From the NCBI GenBank assembly GCA_951406725.2, contig OX597834.1, positions 41,912,001 to 41,976,000 on the forward strand: a stretch of DNA of 64,000 nucleotides, in the 5' to 3' direction. The translations under genes and the position numbers were made by a program. This document shows positions 1 to 11,485 of this stretch, piece after piece. The notes under the pieces are model-generated. The model was not told the origin of the DNA, did not search any database, and was given only the letters and a program-made list of their open reading frames with translations. Position 1 is the stretch's first letter, and every line of letters begins with the position of its first letter. This DNA comes from Octopus vulgaris. Taxonomy: Eukaryota.

Positions 1-335
1 AGCACCACCTTTAGTTGAGCAAATCAGCCCCAGGGCTTATTCTGTGTAAGCCTAGTACTTATTCTATCGGTCTCTCTTGCTGAACTGCTAAGCGATGGGG
101 ACGTAAACACACCACCATCAGTTGTCAAGCGATGTTGGGGGGGACAAACATATACATACATACATATATATATATATATACGGTGGGCTTTCAGTTTCCG
201 TCTACCAAATCCATTCACAAGACTTTGGTCGGCCCGAGGCTATATAGTAGAAAACACTTGCCCAAGGTGCCATGCAGTGGGACTGAACCCAGAACCATGT
301 GGTTGGTAAGCAAGCTACTTACCACACTGCGCCTA
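1..335 (-). mobile_element. tRNA-derived SINE, family A (3' end cut by window edge)
   Basis: Reverse complement of the family-A consensus seen at 6808-7190: head with A/B boxes, internal (TA)n tract and conserved 3' body. Confidence 0.9.
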
Positions 336-704
336 AGTTTGCAAATTTAACTTTAAAAAAAAAAGAAAATGAAAATCGTCTTTAATTTGGTCAGACATAA
401 TGTTATTCTCACCTCAGTGAAAGAAAGATCTCAACCACTTCACTTGGCAAGCTTACTTATCAATTCTTTGGGAGAGAATTGCATCCTTTCTGTATGAGGA
501 GTTTAACAAGGAGACTCACTTGGTTCTGTACTATTTTGCCCTGAGCATCGATGATATATTTAGGCTGAATTCCGACTTAAATTTGAACTCCTGCTTGTTT
601 GGGAGAGATAGGATCTTTACTAGAACGAAGTTAATGACAAATGACCTTAGTTGCAGTGGTCTTGATGTGAATGTTTCCAAATATATTTCATTTCATAAAA
701 TGTG

Positions 705-998
705 GCATGTTAAAAGCACCATCTGTACGTGGCCGATGCCAGAGCCGCCTTGACTGGTTTCCGTGCTGGACCGATCTTGGCCGTTGCCAGCCTACCCTGG
801 CACCTGTGCCGGTGGCGCGTAAAAAGCACCCACTACACTCACTGAGTGGTTGGCGTTAGGAAGGGCATCTAGCTGTAGAAACATTGCTAGATCAGACTGG
901 AGCTTGGTGCAGCCTCATGGCTTCCCAGATCCCCGGTCGAACCGTCCAACCCATGCTACCATGGAAAACGGACGTTAAACGATGATGATGATGATGAT
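705..998 (+). mobile_element. SINE-like repeat, family B, with (GAT)n tail
   Basis: Motif GTGGTTGGCGTTAGGAAGGGCATC...AACCCATGC..CATGGAAAACGGACGTTAAAC(GAT)n recurs at ~11005-11215 (-), 11700-11920, 21830-22145 and 30750-30945. Confidence 0.75.
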
Positions 999-1548
999 TC
1001 CATCATAGCTGAACATCCAATGACGCTCTAGCCACTGACCGCTATGATACTTGCATAGTGCAGTGTTGGTTATGATGATGGTAGCAAGGATGAGGAGCAA
1101 TCAGAATGTTATCTTTCCGAATATAAAATATGGAGTTACTTCCCCTGACACTTTATTGTTTAAGCTTCCTCAAATAATTCTCTTGATTTCCTGCTCTGCG
1201 TTTGTCAGCTTCAGTTTAGATTTATCTAAAGAAACAGATCCCAGCATTTTTTGTTACGTTTTCCTGTTAATGTAAATCAACGTTCACCATAAAGTCTAAA
1301 AACCATTCTTGGAAGCAGTCATGACTTAAGTTCTGACAACTTCACCACATTCTGCCACTTCCCTATTCGCTCTTACCTCCTCCCACTCCTCACGAAGCAC
1401 TGAGCAGATAACATCCTCCTCAAATGTAAGTAATTATTAATATAATGTAGTTCGAATGACGTCGTCTACTCATACCGAAGGATTGCCTATTTATTTGTGT
1501 TAATTTTTTAAAGCTGAAACAATGCAAATTACATATTAAAAAAGGCTT

Positions 1549-1815
1549 CTACTTGAGAACAGTGGTTCCGTCCCGGTGCACGCACTCTCGTACTCGCGCA
1601 TCCGCGCTAGCTAGTCATGACTAGTCGATCCTTTGAGTTTTTGTGTGTTATTTACTTTGTTTAAAAAATTATTTACTTTGTGTAAAAAAATTATTTTGTG
1701 TTTTTGTGTCTCATTACTTTGCTAGGTAGTCGTTGTAGGATCGACTAGTCACGACTAGCTAGCGCGGATGCGCGACTATGCGAGTGCGCGCACCGAGACC
1801 ACTGTTCTCAAGTAG
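1549..1815. mobile_element. MITE-like element with ~80-bp CpG-rich terminal inverted repeats
   Basis: CTACTTGAGAACAGTGG...CGCGCATCCGCGCTAGCTAGTCATGACTAGTCGATCCT is matched by its reverse complement ending ...CCACTGTTCTCAAGTAG, around a T-rich spacer. Confidence 0.8.
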
Positions 1816-2220
1816 TACCGACATTGGCGATCCTTACATCGAAGGGTCGCCTCGACATTGCTGGCATAATTTCGTTATATCTATACTCCACGACCCACGG
1901 AAACACCTGAAGTGAAATGTTTTGATTTTTGTCGAGTTATATCGAAAGAATGCCGTGCTATTATCTGGTATTTTCTAAAGAATTTGTTCCAATATTGAAA
2001 TAGTAGATATTAGTGCTAACCATCAGCATGTGCTATTACTATTTTTTATAACTTGCACTGTTTTGGCTTACATACACACATACACACACACACTTATATC
2101 AGACGATGCATTATAAAAATTATAGAACTCTAAAATATTTGTTTTTGATGAGTTCTGTTAGACAGAAGAAACTGAAGAAAAAGAAAAAAATTACGTAAAG
2201 ATGTTTTAATAGATATACTG

Positions 2221-2398
2221 TATGTTGTCATCGTTCTGAGTTCAAATTCCGCCGAGGTCGACTTTGCCTTTCATCCTTTCGGAGTCGATAAATAAAGTAC
2301 CAGTTTCGCACAGGAGTCGATGTAATCGACTTAATCCCTTTGTCTGTCCTTGTTTGTCCCCTCTATGTTTAGCCCCTTGTGGGCACTAAAGAAATATA
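2221..2398 (+). mobile_element. SINE family C, 5'-truncated, in a probable 5' UTR intron of the ZNF gene
   Basis: GAGTTCAAATTCCGCCGAGGTCGACTTTGCCTTTCATCC...GCCCCTTGTGGGCACTAAAGAAA; lies between a candidate donor GTAAAG (~2195) and acceptor TTTCAG (2426). Confidence 0.8.
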
Positions 2399-2783
2399 TA
2401 TTCATACTATCCTCTTATTATTTCAGAATATCAGCTGACAGTGGAATAAAAGAATTTTTCACTTGAAGTGCATCAATATTTATTTGAGAGATTAAAAGAA
2501 AAATGTTATGCAGAACAGATATGTAACCCTGTTTATATGGGAGAATTACTGCTAAATATTTGCTTTGAACTGAGATTAATGGCAAAATTTCTCTACTGGA
2601 GTATCTGGATGATTTTGAATTCCAATTAAACTTGGATAACAAAAGAGTTTCCAGTATTTTCAAATACTGACAAAGGTAACAATTGATGGCAGTGTAACCA
2701 AAATATGTAGGAATATATGAAATAAAGAAAAAAAACAAAAAAAGATATAGACATTTGCAAATTGTGAGAGGAGGAGGAAAATT

Positions 2784-4712
2784 ATGGAAAGCAAATTAGG
2801 TGAAAAGCTTAAATGTAAAATACAGTCTAAAAAAATGAGTTTTCCTGATGATATAAAGATTGAGGAAGGTAAAGCATTATACCACTGTGATATCCTTAAG
2901 AAGTCATTCTCACAAACCATTAACAACCATATTCGTACAGGAGAAAAACCATATCATTGTGATATCTGTGGTAAAACGTTTTCTCGAAATGATCTCGTAA
3001 CTAGACACAAACGTATTCATACAGGAGAGAAACCCTATAGCTGTGATATCTGTGGTAAATCATTCTCTCAAAATAGTGAGTTAATTTCTCATAAACGTGT
3101 TCACACAGGAGAAAAGCCATTTTGCTGTGATATTTGAGGTAAATCATTCTCTCGAAATGACCTGTTAACTAAACACAAACGAATTCATACAGGAGAGAAA
3201 CCGTATCAATGTGATATCTGTGGTAAATCATTCTCTCAAAACGATCATTTAACTACTCACATACGCATTCATACTGGAGAGAAGCCATACAGCTGTGATA
3301 TCTGTGGCAAATCATTTTCTCAGAAGGATAGCTTAACTGTACATAGACGCGTTCATACAGGAGAAAAACCATATCACTGTGATATCTGTGGTAAATCATT
3401 CTCTCAAAACGATCATTTAACTAAACACAAAAGGAACCATATAGAAGAGAAACCATATTGTTGTGATATCTGTGGTAAATCCTTTTCTCAAGGACATAAC
3501 TTAACAATACACAAACGCATTCATACAGGTGAAAAGCCATATCATTGTGATATCTGTGGTAAATCATTCTCTCAAAATGGTGTATTAACTTCTCATAAAC
3601 GTGTTCACACAGGGGAGAAACCCTATCACTGTGATTGTTGTGGTAAATCATTCTCTCGAAATGATCTCTTAACAAAACACAAACGTATTCATACAGGTGA
3701 GAAGCCATATTGCTGTGATATTTGTGGTAAATCCTTCTCTCAGAATGATCACTTGGCTAAGCACAAACATATCCATACAGGAGAGAAACCATATCACTGT
3801 GATATTTGTGGCAAATCATTTTCTCAAGGACATAGCTTAACTATACACAAACGCGTTCACACAGGAGAGAAACCCTATTGCTGTGATATCTGTGGTAAAT
3901 CATTCTCTCAAAGTGATCATTTAACTAAACACAGATGGAATCACATTGGCGAGAAACCATATCACTGTGATATCTGCGGTAAATCATTCTCATATGGACA
4001 TACACTGACTAGACACAAACGCATTCATACGGGAGAGAAACCGTATTGTTGTGATATCTGTGGTAAATCTTTTTGTCAAACAAGTCAGCTAACTATACAC
4101 AAACATATTCACACAGGAGAGAAGCCGTATCACTGCGTCATCTGTGGCAAAGCTTTCTCTCATCCGTATACTTTAACTACTCACATACGCATTCACACAG
4201 GGGAGAAACCATATCGCTGTGATATCTGTAGTAAATCATTCTCTCAAAAAGATACCCTAACTGCACACAAACGCATTCATTCAGGAGAGAAGCCGTATCA
4301 TTGCGACGTCTGTGATAAATCATTCTCTCAAAATAATCACTTAATTAGACATAAGCGTATTCATACAGGAGAGAAGCCATACTGCTGTGGTATCTGTGGT
4401 AAATCATTCTCTCAAAATGGTGAATTAATTCGGCACAAACAAATCCATACAAGTGACAAACCACATCACTGTGATATCTGTGGTAAATCCTTCTCTCTAA
4501 ACGACCATTTAGCTAGACACAGAAATATTCATACGGGTGAGAAGCCATATCTCTGCGATATTTGTGGTAAATCATTCTCGCAGATCAGTCACTTAACTAG
4601 ACACAAATACATTCATACAGGAGAGAAACCATATAATTGTGATATTTGTGGCATATCATTCTCTCAAAAAAGTAACTTAGCTACACACATATGTACACAA
4701 ACTCAAGAATAA
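2784..4712 (+). CDS. Tandem C2H2 zinc-finger protein (20 full fingers plus degenerate first and last), single coding exon, one in-frame TGA at 3135-3137 (possible pseudogene or null allele)
   Basis: ORFs 2784-3137 and 3753-4712 are in the same frame. Manual translation of 3138-3752 is open and continues the [11 protein letters not shown]...H...HTGEKP repeats. The only lesion is gat att TGA ggt aaa (DI*GK for DICGK). Confidence 0.9.
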
Positions 4713-4819
4713 CCGTATCAAAGTCAAAATTCAAGTCTCTAAGTATATCACAGGAAATGTTCTACTTAATTATTCTTGGTCAAATTAATTCTTTTTTCCC
4801 TTTACTCCTTGTTACACTT

Positions 4820-4910
4820 ACTCTTTACCCTTTTACTTGTTTCAATCATTTGACTACAGCCATGCTGGAGCAACGCCTTTAGTCGAGCAAATTGACCCCA
4901 GGACTTATTC
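4820..4910 (-). mobile_element. SINE family A 3'-tail fragment
   Basis: Reverse complement of the ...CCAGCATGGC.G.AGTCAAATGA.TGAAACAAGTAAAAG tail. Confidence 0.75.
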
Positions 4911-5361
4911 CCTTAGGGTGGGATTCAAAGGCTATTTGGTTGCTATTTCTGACATTATTTGTTTTTTGTTTTTTCCAGTATGGTAAAAATATTTTACCAT
5001 TTCAATGATTACATAAAACATCAGTTATAAAAAATATATTTTAATAATTTTCCACTGAATTAAAGAAAAAAACATAGTGTTAAACATCATGTGATGTTTA
5101 CAAGAAAGCCTTATCTTTTTTCCAGGCTACAAATCCAAGAGAAGAGATAATTACAACCATTACAAGCTAACAAACACTCTTGCCTGTCACAGCAAATATA
5201 TTTGATGTACCATGATCATTGTTTATAGTAAAGTTGATTAGCAATTAACAATTTTGTTTGTGAAAGTCACAGCCTATCAACTGTCGCCAGGATATGTACC
5301 ATTGATTCGTAGATCACAAACTTATTGACTGAGCTAAACACACATGTAAAGGGAAGATTTA

Positions 5362-6157
5362 CTAACAGTGTTCAAAGCTTTTGTCTTCATTCAGAAATAT
5401 TACATTGTTGGCAATCCGTGAAAGAAGAGGTTTAATTCTAATATGGTCTATGTCACTCCACAACTTCTCTAAATATAATGCTAGCTCTGCTTCATTTTTT
5501 ATAGCATAAGGAGGCTCCAGTAGAAATACTACAGCAATTTGCTTGTACATAGCTTCAGTTGTGTCACAGAGACCATGAAAATACATTACAGTTTCGCTGT
5601 GAAATTTTTCTAAGTGATTAATTATTATTGATCTGTGGTATTTAATCAAATTTTGAATGGAATTATCTAGTTTTATTTTCTGATCCCCATTTTCATACTC
5701 TACGTACTCAGCGCCATTGATAGCAGGATATGAAGCTGCCGTTGCAGTTTGACAATCAAGAATCTTAGTGATGTCATGTGAGAAGTGTCGGGCTAGACAA
5801 AGTGCCATTGGCTCAGATTCTTTATTCGGTAAAACCATCATAATCACAGCTGGTCTGTCAGGTTCTTCCGATGTTATAATGTGATGAGTGCTGGATTTCA
5901 GGATTGTCCATGTACGATCCGACTGGGTTTTAAACATGCTTTTCAGGGTTTTAATATTCTGTACGTGTATCTTGAAAGGATTCACAGGTGGTTCCGATAC
6001 GTTAGACGTGTTGACTGCTTGGAAACTTTTCGATGGCACAAAACAACAACATATTAAAAATACAAAGATTGACAAAACAACTGTCCGCTTTGAGCTTCCT
6101 TCACATTGCTCAATACGCTTCATGATGTCAGGCTTGTCTTTCAAGTCTCGCCTGGAA
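5362..6157 (-). CDS. Torsin-1A-interacting protein (LAP1/LULL1, TOR1AIP-like), last exon: TM helix plus luminal AAA+-like activator domain
   Basis: Hydrophobic segment VVLSIFVFLICCCFV followed by LAP1C-type motifs FKTQSDRTWTILKSS, PAVIMMV, CLA, KIKLD, HLEKF, FHGLCD...YKQIAVVFLL and LW...PLLSRIANNV (Arg-finger SRI). Acceptor TTACAG before 6157; in-frame ATG at 6123. Confidence 0.85.
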
Positions 6158-6450
6158 CTGTAACATATTACGGTCATTAAATACGAGTAATTCTTTAGCA
6201 CTTTGTGGCACACAGTATTTTTTTTTTAACAGAAATATTTTGATAATTTATTATTATTGCAAGTTTGAGTCAGTTTTCATTTATTTCTCACATCAAGTTG
6301 ATAATATAATTTTTCTTTCAATGGCAAAAGTAGGCAAAAGGAAAAATGCAAAGACCCCAACACTACTTTCTCTCTCTTTCTCTTTGTATGTTTTCAAGCA
6401 AAGAGCAAAGGTGTGAAATATTAGGGTCTTTCCTCCTCACAGTCATATAC

Positions 6451-6536
6451 TTAGCAAAATCTTCTTCATATAAACTTCCTTCATAGGATTTCTCATTTTC
6501 TCTCTTCAACTAAGTAAAAATTTTCACTGTTGAGTC
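6451..6536 (-). other. Candidate upstream exon of the TOR1AIP-like gene
   Basis: T-rich tract ending TTTTCAG as acceptor and a GTATAT donor. The 86-nt exon ends in phase 2, matching the last exon, but that frame has a TAG at 6510-6512. Confidence 0.45.
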
Positions 6537-6807
6537 CTGAAAATATAAAAAATAAACAAATAAATAAAGTAGGAACGTTTCCCCCTTCCCCTACTTTTTA
6601 AAAAACTCTTTTAGTCAAGAGAAAAGGCAGTGCCCATGACACTTTTTTAGGGCTTCTGAAACTGCTGAGAGCACTGATGGAGCAAACAAGTTCTAACCTG
6701 AGTGTTTGCAAACCTAAGGACCAGGCAGTGATGGCTAAAGCCTACAACTCAACAGGCCACAGTGGGGTTTGAACTCAGAATGCAAAAAAAAAAAAAAACC
6801 TGCTGCA

Positions 6808-7190
6808 TAGGCGCAGGAGTGGCTGTGTGGTAAGTAGATTGCTAACCAACCACATGGTTCCGGGTTCAGTCCCACTGCGTGGCATCTTGGGCAAGTGTCT
6901 TCTGCTATAGCCCCGGGCCGACCAATGCCTTGTGAGTGGATTTGGTAGACTGAAACTGAAAGAAGCCCGTCGTATATATATATATGTATGTGTGTCTGTG
7001 TTTGTCCACTTAGCATTGCTTGACAACCAATGCTGGTGTGTTTACGTCCCCGTCACTTAGCGGTTCGGCAAAACAGACCGATAGAATAAGTACTGGGCTT
7101 ACAAAGAATAAGTCCCGTGGTCGATTTGCTCGATTAAAGGCGATGCTCCAGCATGGCCGCAGTCAAATGACTGAAACAAGTAAAAGAGTA
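6808..7190 (+). mobile_element. SINE family A, full length
   Basis: TAGGCGCAGGAGTGGCTGTGTGG (A box)...GGTTCAGTCCC (B box), internal (TA)/(TG) tract, tail GAAACAAGTAAAAGAG. Confidence 0.92.
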
Positions 7191-8300
7191 TAGCATTCTA
7201 TTCAAAGCCCTGGCAATTTCAATTGTCCACTGCATAACCATCGTTATGTAGATGCATCGGGACCTCTGTATGTAAGTAGTGCCGAAGATTCAACAGAAGT
7301 GGGCGTCCTGATCCCACATAAACTCTGCCGAACATGTGAAGAACTTATTTCAATTCGAATTGATTTCGTCATCTCTGGCCCATCATCTTATTGTTACGAA
7401 CCTAAACCGTTTCCTGAACGATATCATGTGGCTGTTATACAACAACAATCACGAGTAAGTCAAAGAATGGTTAAAGATACAAATTTCTTTATTTTCTGGT
7501 TAAAAACAAATTATTTTGGTGGAGTGGGGGGTGGGGGCATTTTGGGTGAGGTTTCGTTTTGACTTGCAGAAATGTCTTTTGGATCAGCTGATTGTTCGTC
7601 AATTTCTGCAAAGTAATTTCATTTATTTACTTTTGTTTCCATGACGTGTGGAAAGCGACATTTGCTTCGAAGTGAGAGCAGAAAGTGAAAAACGTATATA
7701 TTTAAAATTTCCTTAAATAAGAAAACTATACGTTATTAAGAAAATTAGGAGGAATTAAATTCGTAGGACGGACGGGGTGCTAAATCGGTGTGAGGCCGTC
7801 AAATGGAACAGTACAAGTGCCAAAGAATCTATAACCAGCTGCCAAATGTTGTGACTTAGTACAAATGACCAACGATGTTACAATTCCAACGTCGACAAAA
7901 CCCAATTACTACAATAAGCAAAAAAAGTTCAATAAAAGCGTCGAAGTGCGACAGAATAACTTCAATCTACACATGATCAATCTAAAAACTTTAAATCCTA
8001 TGTTTTTCAATTGTTTCCCGTTGAAAAGGAATTTATAAAAAAAAGAAAAGGTTTTAAAGTAACATTGTAAGGCCATGAAATTATACAAACCGGGGTTATA
8101 AGTTGTTACACGTACTTTTTTTGCTGTAAGTCTCTACTTTCTGTCTTGCAACAAAAATGATATTAATTACGACTTGAGAGTAAGAACACTGCCCTCGACA
8201 AATGTAAACTTACAGTTCCTTCCCTTAGAATAACTCTCCGCGCACTTGTTTCGGTTTTAGACTCGACTTTTTAATTAACGACACTTTTTGCTCCTTTAAG

Positions 8301-8500
8301 CCGGCGAGATGGCAGAAACGTCAGCACGCCGGGCCAAATGCTTAGAGATATTTCGTCTGCCGCTACGTTCTGAGTTCGAATTCCGCCGAGGTCGACAGTA
8401 GACCTTTAGTATTATATTTCTATTTCGGGCGTCAAATTGGCAGCAGAATCGTTAGCCCGCACGGACGGGCAAATTGCTTAGCGACATTTCATCCGTCTTC
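8301..8500 (+). mobile_element. Two SINE family C head fragments
   Basis: GGCGAGATGGCAGAAACGTCAGCACGCCGGG...GAGTTCGAATTCCGCCGAGGTCGAC, with a second degenerate head at ~8430. Confidence 0.7.
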
Positions 8501-9266
8501 ACTGCATCACCTGTTATACCTCCGTGTTGCTGGGGTGTGTGCAGCAACTATCATCATTATCATTATTTAATTAAGCAAAGAGCATCTCATTCCATGAAAA
8601 ATTTTCAATTACATTTAGCATAAGTGTAATTAATGCAAGGAAGGCAACTTTCATATATAGGCCAAGTTATTTCCCTTCGCCAATAACTAGATTGAACAGG
8701 TGTTTTCTGTGACTGCTCGACCTATACGAAATAACAGCCAAATTTACCTCAAATTACAACTTCCGATTGTTAAAATAAAAGAAAGAAAAGGAGAGAAAGT
8801 GCACCCTAAATAATGTAATCATTCCTAAACATCCCTTTAAATTAGGTTACGGCTGGTACGTCCCTTCGATCAGGACGAACCAATAACTGAATATTGATAT
8901 ATTGGTTTGTTAGACACACATGGCATTATATTGTGCGGGGTCCCTTGTTAGCATACATGGAGAGGGAGGGCGTTGAGAGTTTAGTAAAGTCGAGATTTTT
9001 CTTTGAAAACCAGATGCAACATGTAACGTTTTGACGAAATTAAATTCTTCAGCAGCCGTATGATTCATGATCCGTTAGGGTAGAATATAATTTCGTTACG
9101 GAAGTCAACATTTTCGTCGGTAATTTCCATAGGAATTTAAAAACATAGGGTACTGTAGTTAAGCTAATATCTAAAAAGAAGCATATCTTTATCAGATAAT
9201 AAACCAGTGAGCAGAATTAGGCTTCGATTGATTAAAATAATCCGTTAATTTAAAAAATTTATAGTA

Positions 9267-9679
9267 TAGGCGTAGGAGTGGCTGTGTGGTAAGTAGCTTG
9301 CTTATCAACCACATGGTTCCGAGTTCAGTCCCACTGCGTGGCATCTTGGGCAAGTGTCTTTTACTGTAGCCTCGGGCCGACCAAAGCCTTGTGAGTGGAT
9401 TTGGTAGACGGAAACTGAAAGAAGCCCGTCGTATGTATATGTATGTGTGCGTGTATATGTTTGTGTGTCTGTGTTTGTCCCCCCCCCCCAACATCGCTTG
9501 ACAACCGATGCCGGTGTGTTTACGTCCCCGTAACTTAGCGATTCGGCAAAAGAGACCGATAGAATAAGTACTAGGCTTACAAAGAATAAGTCCTGCGGTC
9601 GATTTGTTCGACTAAAGGCGGTGCTCCAGCATGGCCACAGTCAAATAATTGAAACAAGTAAAAGGGTAAAAAAGAGTAA
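9267..9679 (+). mobile_element. SINE family A, full length
   Basis: Same consensus as 6808-7190. Confidence 0.92.
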
Positions 9680-10309
9680 GATATGAGGGGGAGGGAGAGG
9701 TGTTTGTAAAACACCATGAAATGAAAGGGGGCGCTGTTTTAGGGTTGCGAACTATGGGTCTATATTAAAGGCCAAGCATACCCGGCAGAATTCTGGTTCA
9801 TCACCCCCGTATAACCCCTCATAACTTTTTACTTTTTGGAATTTTCAGAAGATTTTTACAAATTTGAGTTTACCGACGCACAGACACCCACATACACCCG
9901 TATCAGAGTAGTATTGTTTTCAGGAAGCATTGTCTGATATACATAACCGTTATAAATATTTTTGTTGCCAAAACAATGCAAAAGTATTTAAAAAATTTTC
10001 GTGTGTGTGATTGTTTGGATTCAGCCAAGCATATACATTAAAGATTAAACTTTTCATTGGGGCCCATGAGGCAGAAACGTCCCATTCATGTTACAACTTG
10101 TAATTTCATTATTTTTCATGTTACAACTTGTGTTGATCAAAGTTTTCTTTGTGGCTAATCCTGATTCTTTGTGTATAGGATGTTTACAGAAAATGCTGAT
10201 TCAATTTGTTGTCGAACATAGGTGAGAGAGAGGTCTAAGTTAATGTTGGTGACAGAAGCTTTATATACATATACATATACACACACATATATATATATAT
10301 ATATATATG

Positions 10310-10525
10310 TATGTCATGGAGATGTACTTGCATAGCAAGTGACCTGATCTGAGATCGTGTGCTGGAATGAAAAATAATTGCAGTGTGGAAGGTGTTTATA
10401 GGCCATTTAAGAAACACACAAAAACCGTTAAATCCACTTCAACATTTAAATTTAATTCAACAAAATATTTTCGTCGCTCTGAGACCACGACCTGTTCACT
10501 GATAAAACTCCATGCTGCATCAGAA
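10310..10525 (-). mobile_element. Penelope-like terminal-repeat fragment carrying a hammerhead-like motif
   Basis: Homologous to 62520-62680 (opposite strand) and 46460-46555; flanked by (TA)n; hammerhead-like core at 10458-10504. Confidence 0.55.
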
Positions 10526-10539
10526 GTTTATATATATAC

Positions 10540-10597
<58 letters not shown>

Positions 10598-10691
10598 TAG
10601 TCAATTTAGGGTAGCAAAAAAATTCAATATAAATTTATCGCTACCAACGGCCTAGTGGAAAAGAGAAAATAGTCAACGACTAAGTATATAA

Positions 10692-10796
10692 ATATAACAA
10701 TTTAGGAATGACCCTAACAGGTCATTCGTCCACCAGAAAGACCAGCTCTTTCTGGTGGACGAATGACCTGTTAGGGTCATTCCTAAATTGTTATAT
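10692..10796. repeat. Perfect 50-bp-arm inverted repeat with 5-nt loop
   Basis: 10692-10741 is the exact reverse complement of 10747-10796; loop CCAGC. Confidence 0.95.
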
Positions 10797-11221
10797 ATAT
10801 ATATATATATATATTTCGAGCCTATGCTCTTCCACAGAAAGGAACACCGAAAGAAACAAGGAGAGAAAATAAAGAATGTGTAATATATACATATATATAT
10901 ATATATATAGTGTAATATTTGTGTTGCTTAGGGAAATTTCCCTTCAACAATTTCAAATAAGATACCATAATGATGGCTGTTATATATATATATATACACA
11001 CACACATATTATCATCATCTGTATTCCATGCTGGTATGGGTTAGACAGTTTCACTGGAACTGGTAAGCTAGGGAGCTGTACCAGACTCAAGTCTGAGTTT
11101 GGCTTGGTTTCTATGGCTGGATGCCCTTCCTAATACCACTCACCCCAAGGGTGTAGTGGGTGCCCTTTAGGTGTCACTGGCATGGGTGCTTTTCACATGT
11201 TATTGGCATGGGTACCTTCTA

Positions 11222-11485
11222 CTCTATACCTGGATTTTGTTGGTTTGGAGAAAGCATTTGACAGGGTACTATGTTCAGTATTTTGGTGGGCGCTGAGGAA
11301 ACTAGGAGTTGATAAATGGATTGTGTAAGTGATTCAAGCTGTGCAAAAAGGATGCAGTTAGTAAAGTGAGTGTTGGTAATGACTTCAGCGATGAATTTAG
11401 CTCTCATTCCTCTACTGTTTATTCTAGTCCTACAAGCTGTCACAGAGGTGTTCATAAGAATTCCAATATACTGATGATCTAGTTG
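11222..11485 (+). mobile_element. Degenerate RTE-clade LINE reverse transcriptase fragment
   Basis: Translates LYLDFVGLEKAFDRVLCSVFWWALRKLGV...PLLFILVLQAVTE...YTDDLV, with stops and deletions. Confidence 0.85.

Noticed and set aside
3421-3708. Minus-strand 95-aa ORF (and + strand ORF 5888-6163)
   Set aside because: Both are antisense shadows of the ZNF and TOR1AIP-like coding regions.
6808-6890. tRNA gene calls for SINE heads (families A, C, D)
   Set aside because: A/B boxes are present, but each head is fused to a SINE body and tail and no complete cloverleaf is evident.
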